Assembly: GCA_963662275.1 (NCBI GenBank)
Contig: OY759316.1
Span: forward strand, 128,001 to 192,000
DNA length: 64,000 nt
Origin: Candidatus Cloacimonadales bacterium
Lineage (GTDB): Bacteria > Cloacimonadota > Cloacimonadia > Cloacimonadales > DAONDQ01
Direction: 5' to 3'
The number at the start of each line of letters is the position of its first letter. Within the stretch, counting starts at the first letter, position 1. The translations under genes were made by a program, and so were the position numbers. This document shows, piece after piece, positions 30,882 to 41,390 of this stretch. Below the pieces are notes generated by a model. It was not told where the DNA came from, did no database searches, and was given only the letters and a program-made list of their open reading frames with translations.

Positions 30882-32635
30882 TGACAACAGGTAGCATCAA
30901 AGGGGTTATCGCCAATCTGGTGCTTGTCGAGGTCAACGGCGCAGTTTCACAAAATGAAATATGCCACATTGATCTGGATGGCACTCCACTGATGGCAGAA
31001 GTCATCAAGATTTTGGGCAAAATCGCTTATGTCCAGGTGTTTGAAAGCACTCGTGGATTAAAAGTCGGACACAAGGTAGAGTTCTCAGGTCACATGCTCG
31101 AAGTGACACTTGGTCCGGGAATGCTGTCCAAAAGCTATGATGGTTTACAAAACGATTTGAACAAAATGGAAGGAATCTTCCTGAAACGTGGGGAAAGAAC
31201 CCAAGCCTTGGATGAAGATAAGCTCTGGGATTTCAAACCTATCGCAAAAGCTGGTGATATTGTTGAAGCCGGTTTTTATCTGGGACAGGTACAGGAAAAT
31301 TGGATTCACCACAAGATCATGGTTCCACTTGGCTTTCAAGGGAAATACACGGTCAATGATGTTGCCGAACCAGGTGAATACAACGTGAATGATGTCATCG
31401 CAACTATCGTTGATGACAAGGGAAACAAGATCAAAGTTACCATGGTTCAGAAATGGGCAGTGAAGATACCTATTAAAGCTTATCGAGAAAAACCGCGTCC
31501 CTTTAAACTGATGGAAACAGGTGTCCGGATCATCGATAGTTTGAACCCCATCGCTGAAGGCGGTACGGGATTTATTCCCGGTCCATTCGGATGTGGTAAA
31601 ACAGTGTTGCAGCATCAATTATCAAAACATGCGGAAGCTGATTTGATCATTGTAGCCGCCTGTGGTGAACGAGCCAATGAAGTGGTGGAAATCTTTGTTG
31701 AATTCCCCGAACTGGATGACCCACGTACAGGTCGTAAATTGATGGAAAGAACCATCATCATCTGTAATACTTCCAACATGCCGGTTGCTGCTCGTGAAGC
31801 TTCTGTGTACACAGCAATGACCATTGCTGAATACTATCGTTCCATGGGCTTGAAAGTTCTCCTATTGGCAGACTCCACTTCCCGTTGGGCACAGGCACTT
31901 CGTGAAATGTCCAACCGTATGGAAGAATTACCCGGACCGGATGCATTTCCCATGGACTTACCTGCCATCATTTCCAATTTCTATTCACGTGCAGGATTCA
32001 CTTACCTCAATAATGGAGAGACTGGTTCCATTACTTTCGTCGGAACCGTTTCACCCGCTGGTGGTAATTTGAAAGAACCTGTGACTGAATCAACGAAAAA
32101 GGCTGCCCGTTGTTTTTACGCTCTCTCACAAGAGCGTGCAAACAGTAAGCGCTATCCGGCTGTTGATCCAATAGAAAGTTATTCCAAATATCTTGAATAT
32201 CCTGAATTACAGGAATATATGAATACCCATATCGATCCGCATTGGGTGGAAGATGTGACTTATGCGAAGGATGTACTCCTGCGTGGTCGGGAAACCTTTG
32301 AACAAATCAATATCCTTGGTGATGATGGTGTGCCGTTGAATTATCACGAGAGATTGTGGAAATCAGAATTGATCGATGCTATCATTCTCCAACAGAATGG
32401 ATTTGATAAGATAGACCAATCCACACCAATGGAAAGACAGAAATATATGATGAATATGATCTTGGATATCTGTCGCCAGGAATTCAAATTTGAAACATTT
32501 GAAGAAGTGATGCCATATTTTAAGAAAATCATCAACCTCTGTAAACAAATGAACTACGCCAAATTCCAGTCAGATAATTTTAACAAATTCGAGAATGAAG
32601 TCAACGAATTGGTCATGGAAAAGGGGGTAGTATAA
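30878..32635 (+). CDS. ntpA: V/A-type ATP synthase subunit A
   Basis: GPFGCGKT, CGERANE, NTSNMPVAAREAS and DSTSRWA motifs. Confidence 0.97.
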   Translation: MMTTGSIKGVIANLVLVEVNGAVSQNEICHIDLDGTPLMAEVIKILGKIAYVQVFESTRGLKVGHKVEFSGHMLEVTLGPGMLSKSYDGLQNDLNKMEGIFLKRGERTQALDEDKLWDFKPIAKAGDIVEAGFYLGQVQENWIHHKIMVPLGFQGKYTVNDVAEPGEYNVNDVIATIVDDKGNKIKVTMVQKWAVKIPIKAYREKPRPFKLMETGVRIIDSLNPIAEGGTGFIPGPFGCGKTVLQHQLSKHAEADLIIVAACGERANEVVEIFVEFPELDDPRTGRKLMERTIIICNTSNMPVAAREASVYTAMTIAEYYRSMGLKVLLLADSTSRWAQALREMSNRMEELPGPDAFPMDLPAIISNFYSRAGFTYLNNGETGSITFVGTVSPAGGNLKEPVTESTKKAARCFYALSQERANSKRYPAVDPIESYSKYLEYPELQEYMNTHIDPHWVEDVTYAKDVLLRGRETFEQINILGDDGVPLNYHERLWKSELIDAIILQQNGFDKIDQSTPMERQKYMMNMILDICRQEFKFETFEEVMPYFKKIINLCKQMNYAKFQSDNFNKFENEVNELVMEKGVV

Positions 32636-33963
32636 TGGAAACCAGAGCATTTCAACGTATTTATACACAACTGAATCAGATTACCAAAGCTACTTGTACT
32701 GTCCAAGCTACAGGAATCGGCAATGAGGAAATGGCAATCGTTGATGGTCGTCTTTCCCAGGTTGTAAAGATCATGAATGACATGGTCACATTGCAGATAT
32801 TCTCAGGAACGGAAGGTATCAGCACCGCTGCAGAAGTCGTGTTTTTAGGCAAACCACCGATGTTGAAAGTCAGTGAACTGTTAGCCGGACGCTTTTTCAA
32901 TGCCTATGGAGAGCCTATCGATGATGGTCCTCCCATTGAAGGTGAGGAAGTTGAAATAGGCGGTCCCTCCGTTAATCCCGTACGTCGTGAACAGCCATCT
33001 GAGTTGATTGCTACGGGTATCGCTGGTATTGATCTGAATAACACTCTTGTGACTGGACAAAAGATACCATTCTTTGCAGACCCGGACCAGCCCTTTAACC
33101 AGGTTATGGCAATGGTTGGTTTACGTGCAAAAGCAGATAAAATCATCCTTGGTGGAATGGGTATGTCACATGATGACTATCTTTTCTTTAAAAATACCTT
33201 CGAAAATGCAGGAGCTCTTGATCGAATCATTTCCTTTGTGAATACAACAGAAGATCCACCGGTGGAAAGATTGCTGGTCCCGAATATGGCATTAGCTGCT
33301 GCTGAGTACTTTGCTGTTGAAAAGAATGAGAAAGTTCTCGTTCTTTTAACAGATATGACTCTTTTCTGCGATGCGCTCAGTATTGTGTCCAATCGTATGG
33401 ATCAGATTCCTTCTAAAGACAGTATGCCTGGATCACTCTATTCCGATTTGGCACGTATCTATGAAAAAGCAGTGCAGTTCCCGGCAGGCGGGTCAATTAC
33501 CATTGTAGCTGTCACAACACTCTCAAGCGGTGATATCACTCATGCTATTCCGGATAATACGGGATATATCACGGAAGGACAGCTTTTCCTGCTGCGTGAT
33601 ACTGATATCGGAAAAGTAATCGTGGATCCCTTCAACAGCTTATCTCGTTTGAAGCAGTTGGTTATTGGTAAGAAGACACGTGCTGATCATCCCGAGGTTA
33701 TGAATGCTGCTGTGCGTTTATATTCTGATGCAGCAAATTCAAAGACCAAGCTGGAGAATGGTTTTGATCTAACAGATTATGATGCACGTCTCCTGGATTA
33801 TGCAAAAGAGTATGCCGATAAGTTACTGGCTATTGATGTGAATATAGAAATTGACGCTATGCTTGATACTTCCTGGAAATTGTTTGCCAAGTATTTTACC
33901 CAGGCAGAAGTCAATATCAAGCAGGAATTTGTCGAACTTTACTGGCCTAAGTCAAATAGCTAA
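32635..33963 (+). CDS. ntpB: V/A-type ATP synthase subunit B
   Basis: GQKIPFF, LTDMT, PDNTGYITEGQ and SLSRLK motifs. Confidence 0.97.
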   Translation: METRAFQRIYTQLNQITKATCTVQATGIGNEEMAIVDGRLSQVVKIMNDMVTLQIFSGTEGISTAAEVVFLGKPPMLKVSELLAGRFFNAYGEPIDDGPPIEGEEVEIGGPSVNPVRREQPSELIATGIAGIDLNNTLVTGQKIPFFADPDQPFNQVMAMVGLRAKADKIILGGMGMSHDDYLFFKNTFENAGALDRIISFVNTTEDPPVERLLVPNMALAAAEYFAVEKNEKVLVLLTDMTLFCDALSIVSNRMDQIPSKDSMPGSLYSDLARIYEKAVQFPAGGSITIVAVTTLSSGDITHAIPDNTGYITEGQLFLLRDTDIGKVIVDPFNSLSRLKQLVIGKKTRADHPEVMNAAVRLYSDAANSKTKLENGFDLTDYDARLLDYAKEYADKLLAIDVNIEIDAMLDTSWKLFAKYFTQAEVNIKQEFVELYWPKSNS

Positions 33964-33974
33964 GGGAATTAACT

Positions 33975-34571
33975 ATGGCTGTACGCTTTCAATATAACAA
34001 AACTTCTTTAAACCTTCTGAACAGGCAATTGAAGGTCAGATTGCGAGCACTTCCCACACTAAAGAATAAGGAATCTGCTCTCCGAATGGAAGTGAAGCGT
34101 GCCCGTGATATGGCTACCGAATTTGATGCCAAAGTAAAACAGCAGACGGCAGCCCTTGATAAGTTCATGCGCTTGTGGACAGAATTCGATGCGAACCTGG
34201 TGACTATCAAGCATGTGGAAATGCAAACGAAGAAGATCGCAGGAGTAAAGATTCCCATTATGGGTGAGATCGTTTTTGATTATGCTGAATTCAGCGTATT
34301 TAACAGACCTAAATGGTACTTGGATGGAATATCGATCATAGAAAAGCTGGCAGCGATCACGATCGAAAAGCAATTTTACCTGAGAAAGATGAGAATCCTG
34401 GATGCAGTTCGCAAGAAAACGACCCAGAAAGTCAATCTCTATGAAAAAGTTCAAATCCCTGAATATAATGATTCTATACGTAAGATAAAACGCTTTCTTG
34501 AAGATGAGGAAAACCTGTCTAAATCAGGACAAAAAATCATGAAAAAAAGAAGCAGCGAGGTGGCAGTATGA
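33975..34571 (+). CDS. ntpD: V/A-type ATP synthase subunit D
   Basis: LPTLKNKE and KTTQKVNLYEKVQIP motifs. Confidence 0.93.
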   Translation: MAVRFQYNKTSLNLLNRQLKVRLRALPTLKNKESALRMEVKRARDMATEFDAKVKQQTAALDKFMRLWTEFDANLVTIKHVEMQTKKIAGVKIPIMGEIVFDYAEFSVFNRPKWYLDGISIIEKLAAITIEKQFYLRKMRILDAVRKKTTQKVNLYEKVQIPEYNDSIRKIKRFLEDEENLSKSGQKIMKKRSSEVAV

Positions 34572-36358
34572 TCATTCCCATGAAGAAATACACCTTCCTC
34601 ATCTATCATCATGATTACATCGAATTCCTGAGAAACCTACAGGAAATTGGCGTTCTGCACATCATTCGCACCATCGATAAGAACGATCCTGCCTTAAAAG
34701 AGAGCAAGGATAAGATAGATGCTTTGACGCAGATGATCAACTTCCTGAAGAAGAGAAACCAGGTTGCCCAGGATGTTCCACTTACAAGGACTCCTGATGA
34801 AATCATTACTCAACTTAACTCTCGAATCAGGAGTAAGGAAGTCCTCTCCCATCAACTTCAGACTGTTCAGAAAACAATCAGTCTCCTGGATCCCTGGGGT
34901 AATTTCTCTCGTGAACAGTTAAAAGACCTTGAATCCAAGAATATCTATATCGATTTCTTTACATGTTCCAAGAATAAGTTCCAGGAATCCTGGAAGGAAA
35001 AATACTCAATCGAGATCATTGCTTCGATTGCTCAAACCGATTATTTTGCGGTTATTCATGGTGCTGAAGATATAGTGGAAATCGATGCGGACTCAGTGAA
35101 GTTACCAGAGATAACCCTAGCAGAAGCTCGTGAATTGCTGAAGAGAATTCAATTCGACTTAGAGAAAATTGATGCTGATTTTAATGAAAGTGCTGCAAAA
35201 GAGCTTCCTCATCTCAACCAGTATCGGATAGAACTACTCAGCAAGTTTGAGTTTGAAGATGCAAGCTTGAATTCTCTCAAGGATGCTGATGATCAACTGA
35301 TAATTCTACGCGGTTGGGTTTCTAAACCCTTGGAAAAGAATCTTGTCGCTTTTCTTGAAGATAAGAGTGTCTATTATTTCGCTGAAGAACCCATGGACGG
35401 CGATAATGTACCTGTGCAGTTAAAGAACAACTGGTTTGCCAAACTGTTTGAACCAATCGGCAAACTTTATTCCCTGCCAGCTTATGGTGAATTAGACCTG
35501 ACAGCATCCTTTGCCCCATTCTTCATGCTGTTCTTTGGTTTCTGTACAGCGGATATGGGATATGGTATTGTCATTTTGGCAGCAGGAACACTTCTAAAGC
35601 TAAAAGTCAAGGATCCCAAGGTAAGACCATTACTTTCTCTCATGCAAGTGTTAGGTTTATCGACAACTGTTATGGGATTTGTGATGGGTTCTCTTCTTGC
35701 CTTCGATATGACCAAATTTAAGACAATAGGTGATTGGATTCCGATCAGGGACAAAGGGCAGATATTTAATTTTGCTCTATTACTTGGTGTGATACAGATA
35801 CTTTTTGGTGTGATCAGAAACTTCCTGAATCGAGTTAAGTACAATGGCTTTAAAGCCGGACTATCTATGATTGGAACCTTTCTCTTCATGATTGGCGTTA
35901 CGGTATTGGGTGCACCGATGTTGGGGGCAGTTCCTCCTGAAGCGTTGAAAGCAAATATGAAATATGTCATATATGCAGGCTTATTCCTGATATTCTTCTT
36001 CAATGCACCTGGGAAAAGTATCTTCGTCAACCTCGGATTGGGAATATGGGAAATGTATAATATTATCACCGGTTTCTTTGGTGACCTGTTATCCTATATC
36101 CGATTATTTGCCTTAGGTGTATCTGGCGGTATCTTGGGATTTGTCATCAATTCTATGGCTCATCAGTTTGGTGCTATTCCCATTATTGGTCCAGTTATTT
36201 TCATTGTCATGATGCTTGTTGGTCATGCTGTCAATATTGCGTTAGGTTCCTTGGGTGGATTTGTTCATCCGATGCGTCTTACGTTTGTCGAATTTTATAA
36301 GAATTCCGGATTCTCCGGTGGTGGAAAAGCATATAAACCATTCGGTAGTAAAGAATAA
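34568..36358 (+). CDS. ntpI: V/A-type ATP synthase subunit I
   Basis: FFGFCTADMGYG, LSYIRLFALG and HPMRLTFVEF motifs. Confidence 0.95.
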   Translation: MIIPMKKYTFLIYHHDYIEFLRNLQEIGVLHIIRTIDKNDPALKESKDKIDALTQMINFLKKRNQVAQDVPLTRTPDEIITQLNSRIRSKEVLSHQLQTVQKTISLLDPWGNFSREQLKDLESKNIYIDFFTCSKNKFQESWKEKYSIEIIASIAQTDYFAVIHGAEDIVEIDADSVKLPEITLAEARELLKRIQFDLEKIDADFNESAAKELPHLNQYRIELLSKFEFEDASLNSLKDADDQLIILRGWVSKPLEKNLVAFLEDKSVYYFAEEPMDGDNVPVQLKNNWFAKLFEPIGKLYSLPAYGELDLTASFAPFFMLFFGFCTADMGYGIVILAAGTLLKLKVKDPKVRPLLSLMQVLGLSTTVMGFVMGSLLAFDMTKFKTIGDWIPIRDKGQIFNFALLLGVIQILFGVIRNFLNRVKYNGFKAGLSMIGTFLFMIGVTVLGAPMLGAVPPEALKANMKYVIYAGLFLIFFFNAPGKSIFVNLGLGIWEMYNIITGFFGDLLSYIRLFALGVSGGILGFVINSMAHQFGAIPIIGPVIFIVMMLVGHAVNIALGSLGGFVHPMRLTFVEFYKNSGFSGGGKAYKPFGSKE

Positions 36359-36386
36359 ATAAAAAAAGGTAAAATAGGAGGTCTCC

Positions 36387-36878
36387 ATGATCGATTCTCT
36401 CGCAACTGCAGCAGCACATGTGGCACCAATAACACCTGAACTTTTCATTGCATGGGCAGGCATGATATTTATGGTTGCCTTATCAGGATTAGGAAGCGCA
36501 ACCGGTACAGTTATGGGCGGTAGCGCTACGATTGGGGCTATCAAAAAAAATGATGATATCTTCGGGAATTGCATGCTGTTATCCGCTCTCCCAGGTACAC
36601 AGGGCTTGTACGGTTTCGGTGCATTCTTCATTCTCAAGGCGAAAATCATGGTCGGAATGCCACTGATCAGCGCTTGCGCAATTTTTGCAGCAGGTGCTAT
36701 CGTGGGATTAGTATGTTATTTTTCAGCAATTCAACAGGCTAAGATCGTTTCTTGTGGTATCGATAGTCTTGGACAAGGTAACGATGTATTCGGTAAAACT
36801 CTAATCCTGGCTGTTTATCCTGAATTGTATGCGATCATTTCCTTCGCAACGGCATTCCTGATCAGTACAATGATCTAG
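36387..36878 (+). CDS. ntpK: V/A-type ATP synthase subunit K (4-TM proteolipid)
   Basis: LPGTQGLYG, SAIQQA and YPELYAI motifs. Confidence 0.93.
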   Translation: MIDSLATAAAHVAPITPELFIAWAGMIFMVALSGLGSATGTVMGGSATIGAIKKNDDIFGNCMLLSALPGTQGLYGFGAFFILKAKIMVGMPLISACAIFAAGAIVGLVCYFSAIQQAKIVSCGIDSLGQGNDVFGKTLILAVYPELYAIISFATAFLISTMI

Positions 36879-36900
36879 TCATTTAATTATTAAAAAAATG

Positions 36901-36930
36901 AAAAGAGCCGTCGAAAGACGGCTCTTTTTT
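36901..36930 (+). terminator. Rho-independent terminator of the ATPase operon
   Basis: aaaagagccgtc-gaaa-gacggctctttttt. Confidence 0.9.
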
Positions 36931-37073
36931 GTAGCACCTACTTCAGGAGGTAATATCCGTGGAGTAGGATGCCGATCCTACTGTCTGTATTGTAAAGTAA
37001 GACGCCGTTCTTGCTGTCTTCTATGCAGTCCGAAGGATGCAATTCTGCTAGCCCAGGAAGTTCTTCCTGGGAT
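36931..37073. repeat. Cluster of REP-like units (family A half-copy, two family-B copies, further palindromes)
   Basis: gtagcacctacttcaggagg; gtggagtaggatgccgatcctactgtctg; gtaaagtaagacgccgttcttgctgtc; cccaggaagttcttcctggg. Confidence 0.75.
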
Positions 37074-37079
37074 AATACA

Positions 37080-37721
37080 TCATTTCTTTATTATAACCTC
37101 CATTTCCTTATGCTCTTCCATTTCATTATAGTCTTTATGCAGATGAATGATGGAAGTTAAATAACTCACTAGATGCTGATCTTTGGCTTTTATCTTTTTC
37201 ATGACATACTGCAACGCTTTCTTCACTGAATAGAACATTTGGATTTCATCCACCCGAAAAACTCTTACTCTTTTCTTTTGCGAGTATATGCTTTTCAGGT
37301 ATTTTTGAAGCTTTTCCAGTTCTTCTGCCCTTTCCTCCAGTGCGCCATAATCATGATAGCTTTCCAGTTCATATATCTGATTTTGAATAATCAGTATTTG
37401 TTTTGCTACATCCTTAATTGTAATGCTATCCGCTTTAGGAATTGGCGAATACCAGCTATTTTCATGGAAGCCATATTTCAGCATTAACATATCATGAGAG
37501 TCTTCAAATTTGATATCCGGTTCTTTACATTTCCCTTGTGAGATCAAATTAGAATAAAGGATTTTTTGCTTTTGATTAGTTAGTAATTGAGAGAGATAAT
37601 ACATTCCGATGTTATCAGCTATTGTGAATGACAATCCATTACTGGAAGTTATTTGCCATTCTTTTCCGTTCAATACCCATTGGTATCTTTCCATCTTCAC
37701 CCTCCTTATTAGGGAATCCAT
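37080..37721 (-). CDS. Hypothetical protein
   Basis: 213-aa ORF. A probable start is the internal ATG (MERYQ) after AAGGAGG. No family recognised. Confidence 0.6.
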   Translation of the reverse strand: MDSLIRRVKMERYQWVLNGKEWQITSSNGLSFTIADNIGMYYLSQLLTNQKQKILYSNLISQGKCKEPDIKFEDSHDMLMLKYGFHENSWYSPIPKADSITIKDVAKQILIIQNQIYELESYHDYGALEERAEELEKLQKYLKSIYSQKKRVRVFRVDEIQMFYSVKKALQYVMKKIKAKDQHLVSYLTSIIHLHKDYNEMEEHKEMEVIIKK

Positions 37722-37861
37722 AACTGATTAATTTCATGGCTGTTCCATGAATGCTATGCATAAAGGGGTAAAGATAAAAACTATCATTAATACTAATAAT
37801 GAATGCTATAAACCATAATTATTCAATGGTTATTATGATGTCAAATAATAAATCAATGCAG

Positions 37862-37978
37862 CGTAGGGGTTTTGCGGAAGTAAACCCATCTTCATTTCAT
37901 CGTAGGGGTTTGCGGTAGTACGCCCTTCCTGTATGTATTTTCACTCCATTCAAGGGTTTACTTCCGCAAACCCCTACG
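37862..37978. repeat. GTAG-type REPIN (three units)
   Basis: cgtaggggttttgcggaagtaaaccc ... gggtttacttccgcaaacccctacg. Confidence 0.75.
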
Positions 37979-38067
37979 ATTTCTCTTAACCTGAAACCTG
38001 TCACCTGTATGCTAAATACCAGGGTGATCCGCTGACCACCATGGCTTTTACGATTGCATTGCAGCTT

Positions 38068-38130
38068 TGTAGAGTAAGACGCCGATCTTACTGTCTGCGT
38101 TGTAGAGTATGACGCCGTTCTTACTATCTT
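38068..38130. repeat. Two tandem family-B REP-like units
   Basis: tgtagagtaagacgccgatcttactgtctg / tgtagagtatgacgccgttcttactatct. Confidence 0.75.
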
Positions 38131-38172
38131 CCCCTACAAGCTACCAGCTACAAGCTATAAGCTTCCGCGAGC

Positions 38173-38631
38173 CTACGCAATCAGGTTTGTGAGCGTTTGA
38201 TAGCCATCCACACGTGGCAGATACCCGGCATCGACAGCATCTTTCACTGATTTACAGGCGATGTTCTTGTCGATAATATCTTCCGCTGTGACCACTGCGA
38301 GATCGTTTTCTGTGGGGTTGACCTTGTGCCAAGCCCAGAGCATCTTGATGAAGAGTGCCTTGGAACTGGGTGGCAACTGCTTGTTTTTCTTGATCTTGGC
38401 TTTGAACTTTCTGCTGTAGGTCTTCAGGTCAGCAATGTAGGTTGCCTGGGCAGAATTGTACACGGCAGCCAGGTTCAAACAGATCGTTTTCATGAGCTGT
38501 GTGTTAGCTGTGGGAGTTGGCTCTAAGAAAGTATGTGCCAGGCACATCTGTTCGCCATTGTACATTCCGTACACCAGACCGTCCAACTTTCCCGAGTAGC
38601 CTTTGTGACTGTGGTTGAATTTGGGTTTCAT
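38173..38631 (-). CDS. Hypothetical 152-aa basic protein, paralogue of 59184..59642
   Basis: Shared pattern MKxxF.H..K...G...L.Y ... YxxDLxxY ... LP.S..ALF..MLW ... DLA.vT.E.I ... SV......G.L ... L. Confidence 0.75.
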   Translation of the reverse strand: MKPKFNHSHKGYSGKLDGLVYGMYNGEQMCLAHTFLEPTPTANTQLMKTICLNLAAVYNSAQATYIADLKTYSRKFKAKIKKNKQLPPSSKALFIKMLWAWHKVNPTENDLAVVTAEDIIDKNIACKSVKDAVDAGYLPRVDGYQTLTNLIA

Positions 38632-39039
38632 TTTCTTTTCCTCTTTTCATTTATTTCTGGGGTCTTGTCTCTTCTCTGACTCTCTGCTCCGCTAATTTTT
38701 AACTTTTAATTTTTAATTCTTAATTAGCGTTGTTTTGAACCCGTTCAAAAACAGAGCCCTCATATATATAGGAGGGAGCATTATGATTTATTTCACAAAG
38801 TGAAAATAATTTGCTTTCGAACTTCGAATATCGGACTTCGAACTTCTAAATGAGCTAGTTCTGGTCTGCCCTCTCCTACAAGCTTCTGCCAGGGAGGGCA
38901 TTTGCCTCAGTGTTTTCCTATGCCGTTAAGTGTAAGTAAAGAGCAAAATAAAAGATATCTAAACATCATAATGAAAAGCAATAAATAGAGTTAGGGATGT
39001 TCCCATTTTAAATTAACCTATAGTTACCAAAAAATTACA

Positions 39040-39067
39040 TTGACACCAAAGGACAGAATATTATCTT
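39040..39067 (+). promoter_or_regulatory. Putative sigma70 promoter for the higBA/R-M region
   Basis: TTGACA-16 bp-TATCTT upstream of 39196. Confidence 0.4.
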
Positions 39068-39195
39068 ATCACCATGTTGAATATCTTAATATACCACTTT
39101 GATTATCTACATCCGGATCAGGTTAAGTTGATCGGCATAGGAGAGATCCCCTATGTTTATAGGGCTTTCAACTTACTCATAATAAAAGGTAATGT

Positions 39196-39507
39196 ATGAC
39201 AATCAGTGGTCAAGGTATTTTAACAGCTTTTAAGGATATCTTTCCTGATGCAAAGGACGCAGTTAAGTCATTAACTCTTGAAATCAAGAAAGCTGCCTGG
39301 GAGACACCAAATGAACTGAAAGCTCAATATGGTTCCGCCAGTTTCCTTGGACAGGGATGTGTTGTTTTTAACGTCTGTGGCAACAAATACCGCATTGTAG
39401 CCAAAGTTGATTATCTTAGCCAGATACTCAGAATACGTTGGGCTGGCTCACACAAAGAATATGATAAATTAGATATAAGAGGTACAAAATGTTTAAGCTC
39501 AAAATAA
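39196..39507 (+). CDS. higB: HigB-type mRNA interferase toxin
   Basis: W.TPNELK..YGSAS, VVFNVCGNKYRIV and WAGSHKEYDK motifs. Confidence 0.88.
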   Translation: MTISGQGILTAFKDIFPDAKDAVKSLTLEIKKAAWETPNELKAQYGSASFLGQGCVVFNVCGNKYRIVAKVDYLSQILRIRWAGSHKEYDKLDIRGTKCLSSK

Positions 39508-40700
39508 TCAAGACCGAAAATGATTATCAGGAAGCCATGTCATGCCTTGATGAGCTTTTAGACAAAGATGTTCTTTCACATGATGAAAGAAACATGATGG
39601 AGCTGATTGCTCATTTAGTCGGTGAGTATGAGAAAATAAAATATCCAATTGCTTTACCATCTCCCATTGCTGCGATCAAATTTCGTATGGAACAATCAAA
39701 TATCAAACAAAAAGATCTGATCCCCTTTATCGGCAGTCGAGGGAAAGTATCAGATATTCTGAATGGCAAACGTCAATTATCTTTATCTATGATCAAGGCG
39801 CTTCATACGAATCTGAATATTCCCTTGGAAGCTCTGATGAATAGCGATAAGATAAGCAATTCCGAACAGGACGATGATATCGAATGGAACAAATTCCCTA
39901 TCAAAGCGATGTGCGATCAAGGAAAGAGTGATTACTTTCCTAATGTCAAAGCAACCTGTCAGCAAATCAAAGAGCATGCATCAGAATACTTAAGTCAAAT
40001 GATCATACCCATTAAAGAAATGGCTTTTGGGAACGGATTCTTACGCCAAAATATCAGGATGGGCGGTCGCTCCGATAAATATGCTTTAGCTGCTTGGATT
40101 GCCGCATGTTACAATAAAGCCAACCAGGAAGTTTTACCTTCATTTCAAGCAGAAAAGCTTGAGCTAATCATCAACCAACTTCGCGCACTGAGTATCCTGG
40201 ATGACGGTCCAAAACAAGCAGTGAAATTCTTAGGGAAAGTCGGCATTCACGTTGTCCTTCTGAAGCATCTGCCCAAAACACATCTCGACGGCGCGGCTTT
40301 CATTGCGGATGATAAAAACCCGGTTATAGCCCTCACTCTTCGTTATGACCGTATCGATTATTTCTGGTTTACTCTCTTCCACGAATTGGGTCATATTAAA
40401 TACCATTTATTCGAAGAGGATAAGCAGAACTTCTTCGTGGATGACCTTTCCCTGAAGTCTGTTGAATCGTACGAAGAACAAGCGGATACGTTTGCCTCCG
40501 AATCGTTGGTAACAGATGCTGAATTGGAAGCCAGTGGATTGATAGATGATTACTCTACAGAAAAAGTCATCGAGTTTGCAGAGCAGAGATTCATCAATAA
40601 GGCTATCGTTGCTGGTAGATTACGTCATAAACTGGACAACTACTATATCCTTTCAAACCTGATCGGAAATGGATGTGTAAGGAAAATGCTAATGGAATAA
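39489..40700 (+). CDS. higA: HigA-type HTH antitoxin fused to an ImmA/IrrE metallopeptidase domain
   Basis: IKTENDY, PIAAIKFRMEQ, VSDILNGKR, DGAA, RYDRIDYFWFTLFHELGH and EEQAD motifs. Confidence 0.88.
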   Translation: MFKLKIIKTENDYQEAMSCLDELLDKDVLSHDERNMMELIAHLVGEYEKIKYPIALPSPIAAIKFRMEQSNIKQKDLIPFIGSRGKVSDILNGKRQLSLSMIKALHTNLNIPLEALMNSDKISNSEQDDDIEWNKFPIKAMCDQGKSDYFPNVKATCQQIKEHASEYLSQMIIPIKEMAFGNGFLRQNIRMGGRSDKYALAAWIAACYNKANQEVLPSFQAEKLELIINQLRALSILDDGPKQAVKFLGKVGIHVVLLKHLPKTHLDGAAFIADDKNPVIALTLRYDRIDYFWFTLFHELGHIKYHLFEEDKQNFFVDDLSLKSVESYEEQADTFASESLVTDAELEASGLIDDYSTEKVIEFAEQRFINKAIVAGRLRHKLDNYYILSNLIGNGCVRKMLME

Positions 40701-40857
40701 AAAAGACCGCTCACAAGCGGGGCTTGTAAACGGCCATAAGACTTATTATGTCCTGTCTAGTTAACGGCACAATAAGTCTGAAAGGGTTTTTCGTCAAGAT
40801 TTTCCCGAATTGGTCTTTACAACCTCCTGAAAGCGGAATAATAAAATGGAGGTTAAA

Positions 40858-40983
40858 ATGAGTAAAAAAACTCACGCACCGGTTAAATCCAGTCGTAGTG
40901 CTATTACTGGTCGTTATGTTAGTCCAAGCTACGCTAACAAACACCCGAATACCACTGTTACTGAAACCAACAAGAAAAAGTAA
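40858..40983 (+). CDS. Unannotated 41-aa basic small protein
   Basis: GGAGG RBS, then MSKKTHAPVKSSRSAITGRYVSPSYANKHPNTTVTETNKKK*, followed by the hairpin gcaaggggc..gccccttgc. Confidence 0.7.
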   Translation: MSKKTHAPVKSSRSAITGRYVSPSYANKHPNTTVTETNKKK

Positions 40984-41076
40984 TGCCCACAAAGCAAGGG
41001 GCTTCTGCCCCTTGCACGCACTTTAAGAAGAATTTGTTGTTTCCCTAACAAACTAAACGATTTACAAGGAGTAAAC

Positions 41077-41340
41077 ATGAGTCAGATCGAAGGTGCAGTT
41101 GTGAAAGAGCAAGGCATTACTTTCGCAATTGTCATAGTTAAACAATATGTCTTAAATTCTACGAGTGAATGTCAGAAAGCATTATTGTCATTCCAATCAT
41201 ATTTCCCTGGAATGCCAATTATTTTAATGGCACAAGATTCAAGTGGAACCCCTACATACTATGGACGTAAGGATATTGCTGCTTTTTTAGCTAATATCCC
41301 TATGTCGAGTATACCTTGGAAAAGATATACGTTCAATTAA
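41077..41340 (+). CDS. Small hypothetical protein (87 aa)
   Basis: AAGGAG RBS, compact ORF (GAVVKEQGITFAIV..YYGRKDI..FL), followed by a hairpin. Confidence 0.75.
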   Translation: MSQIEGAVVKEQGITFAIVIVKQYVLNSTSECQKALLSFQSYFPGMPIILMAQDSSGTPTYYGRKDIAAFLANIPMSSIPWKRYTFN

Positions 41341-41390
41341 AACGACGTGGAGGGTAGTTCCCCTGCCCTCCAACTTATTATGGTGGTAAT

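Noticed and set aside
40711..40992. 93-aa minus-strand ORF
   Set aside because: It is antisense to the better-supported 41-aa plus-strand ORF, which has a GGAGG RBS.
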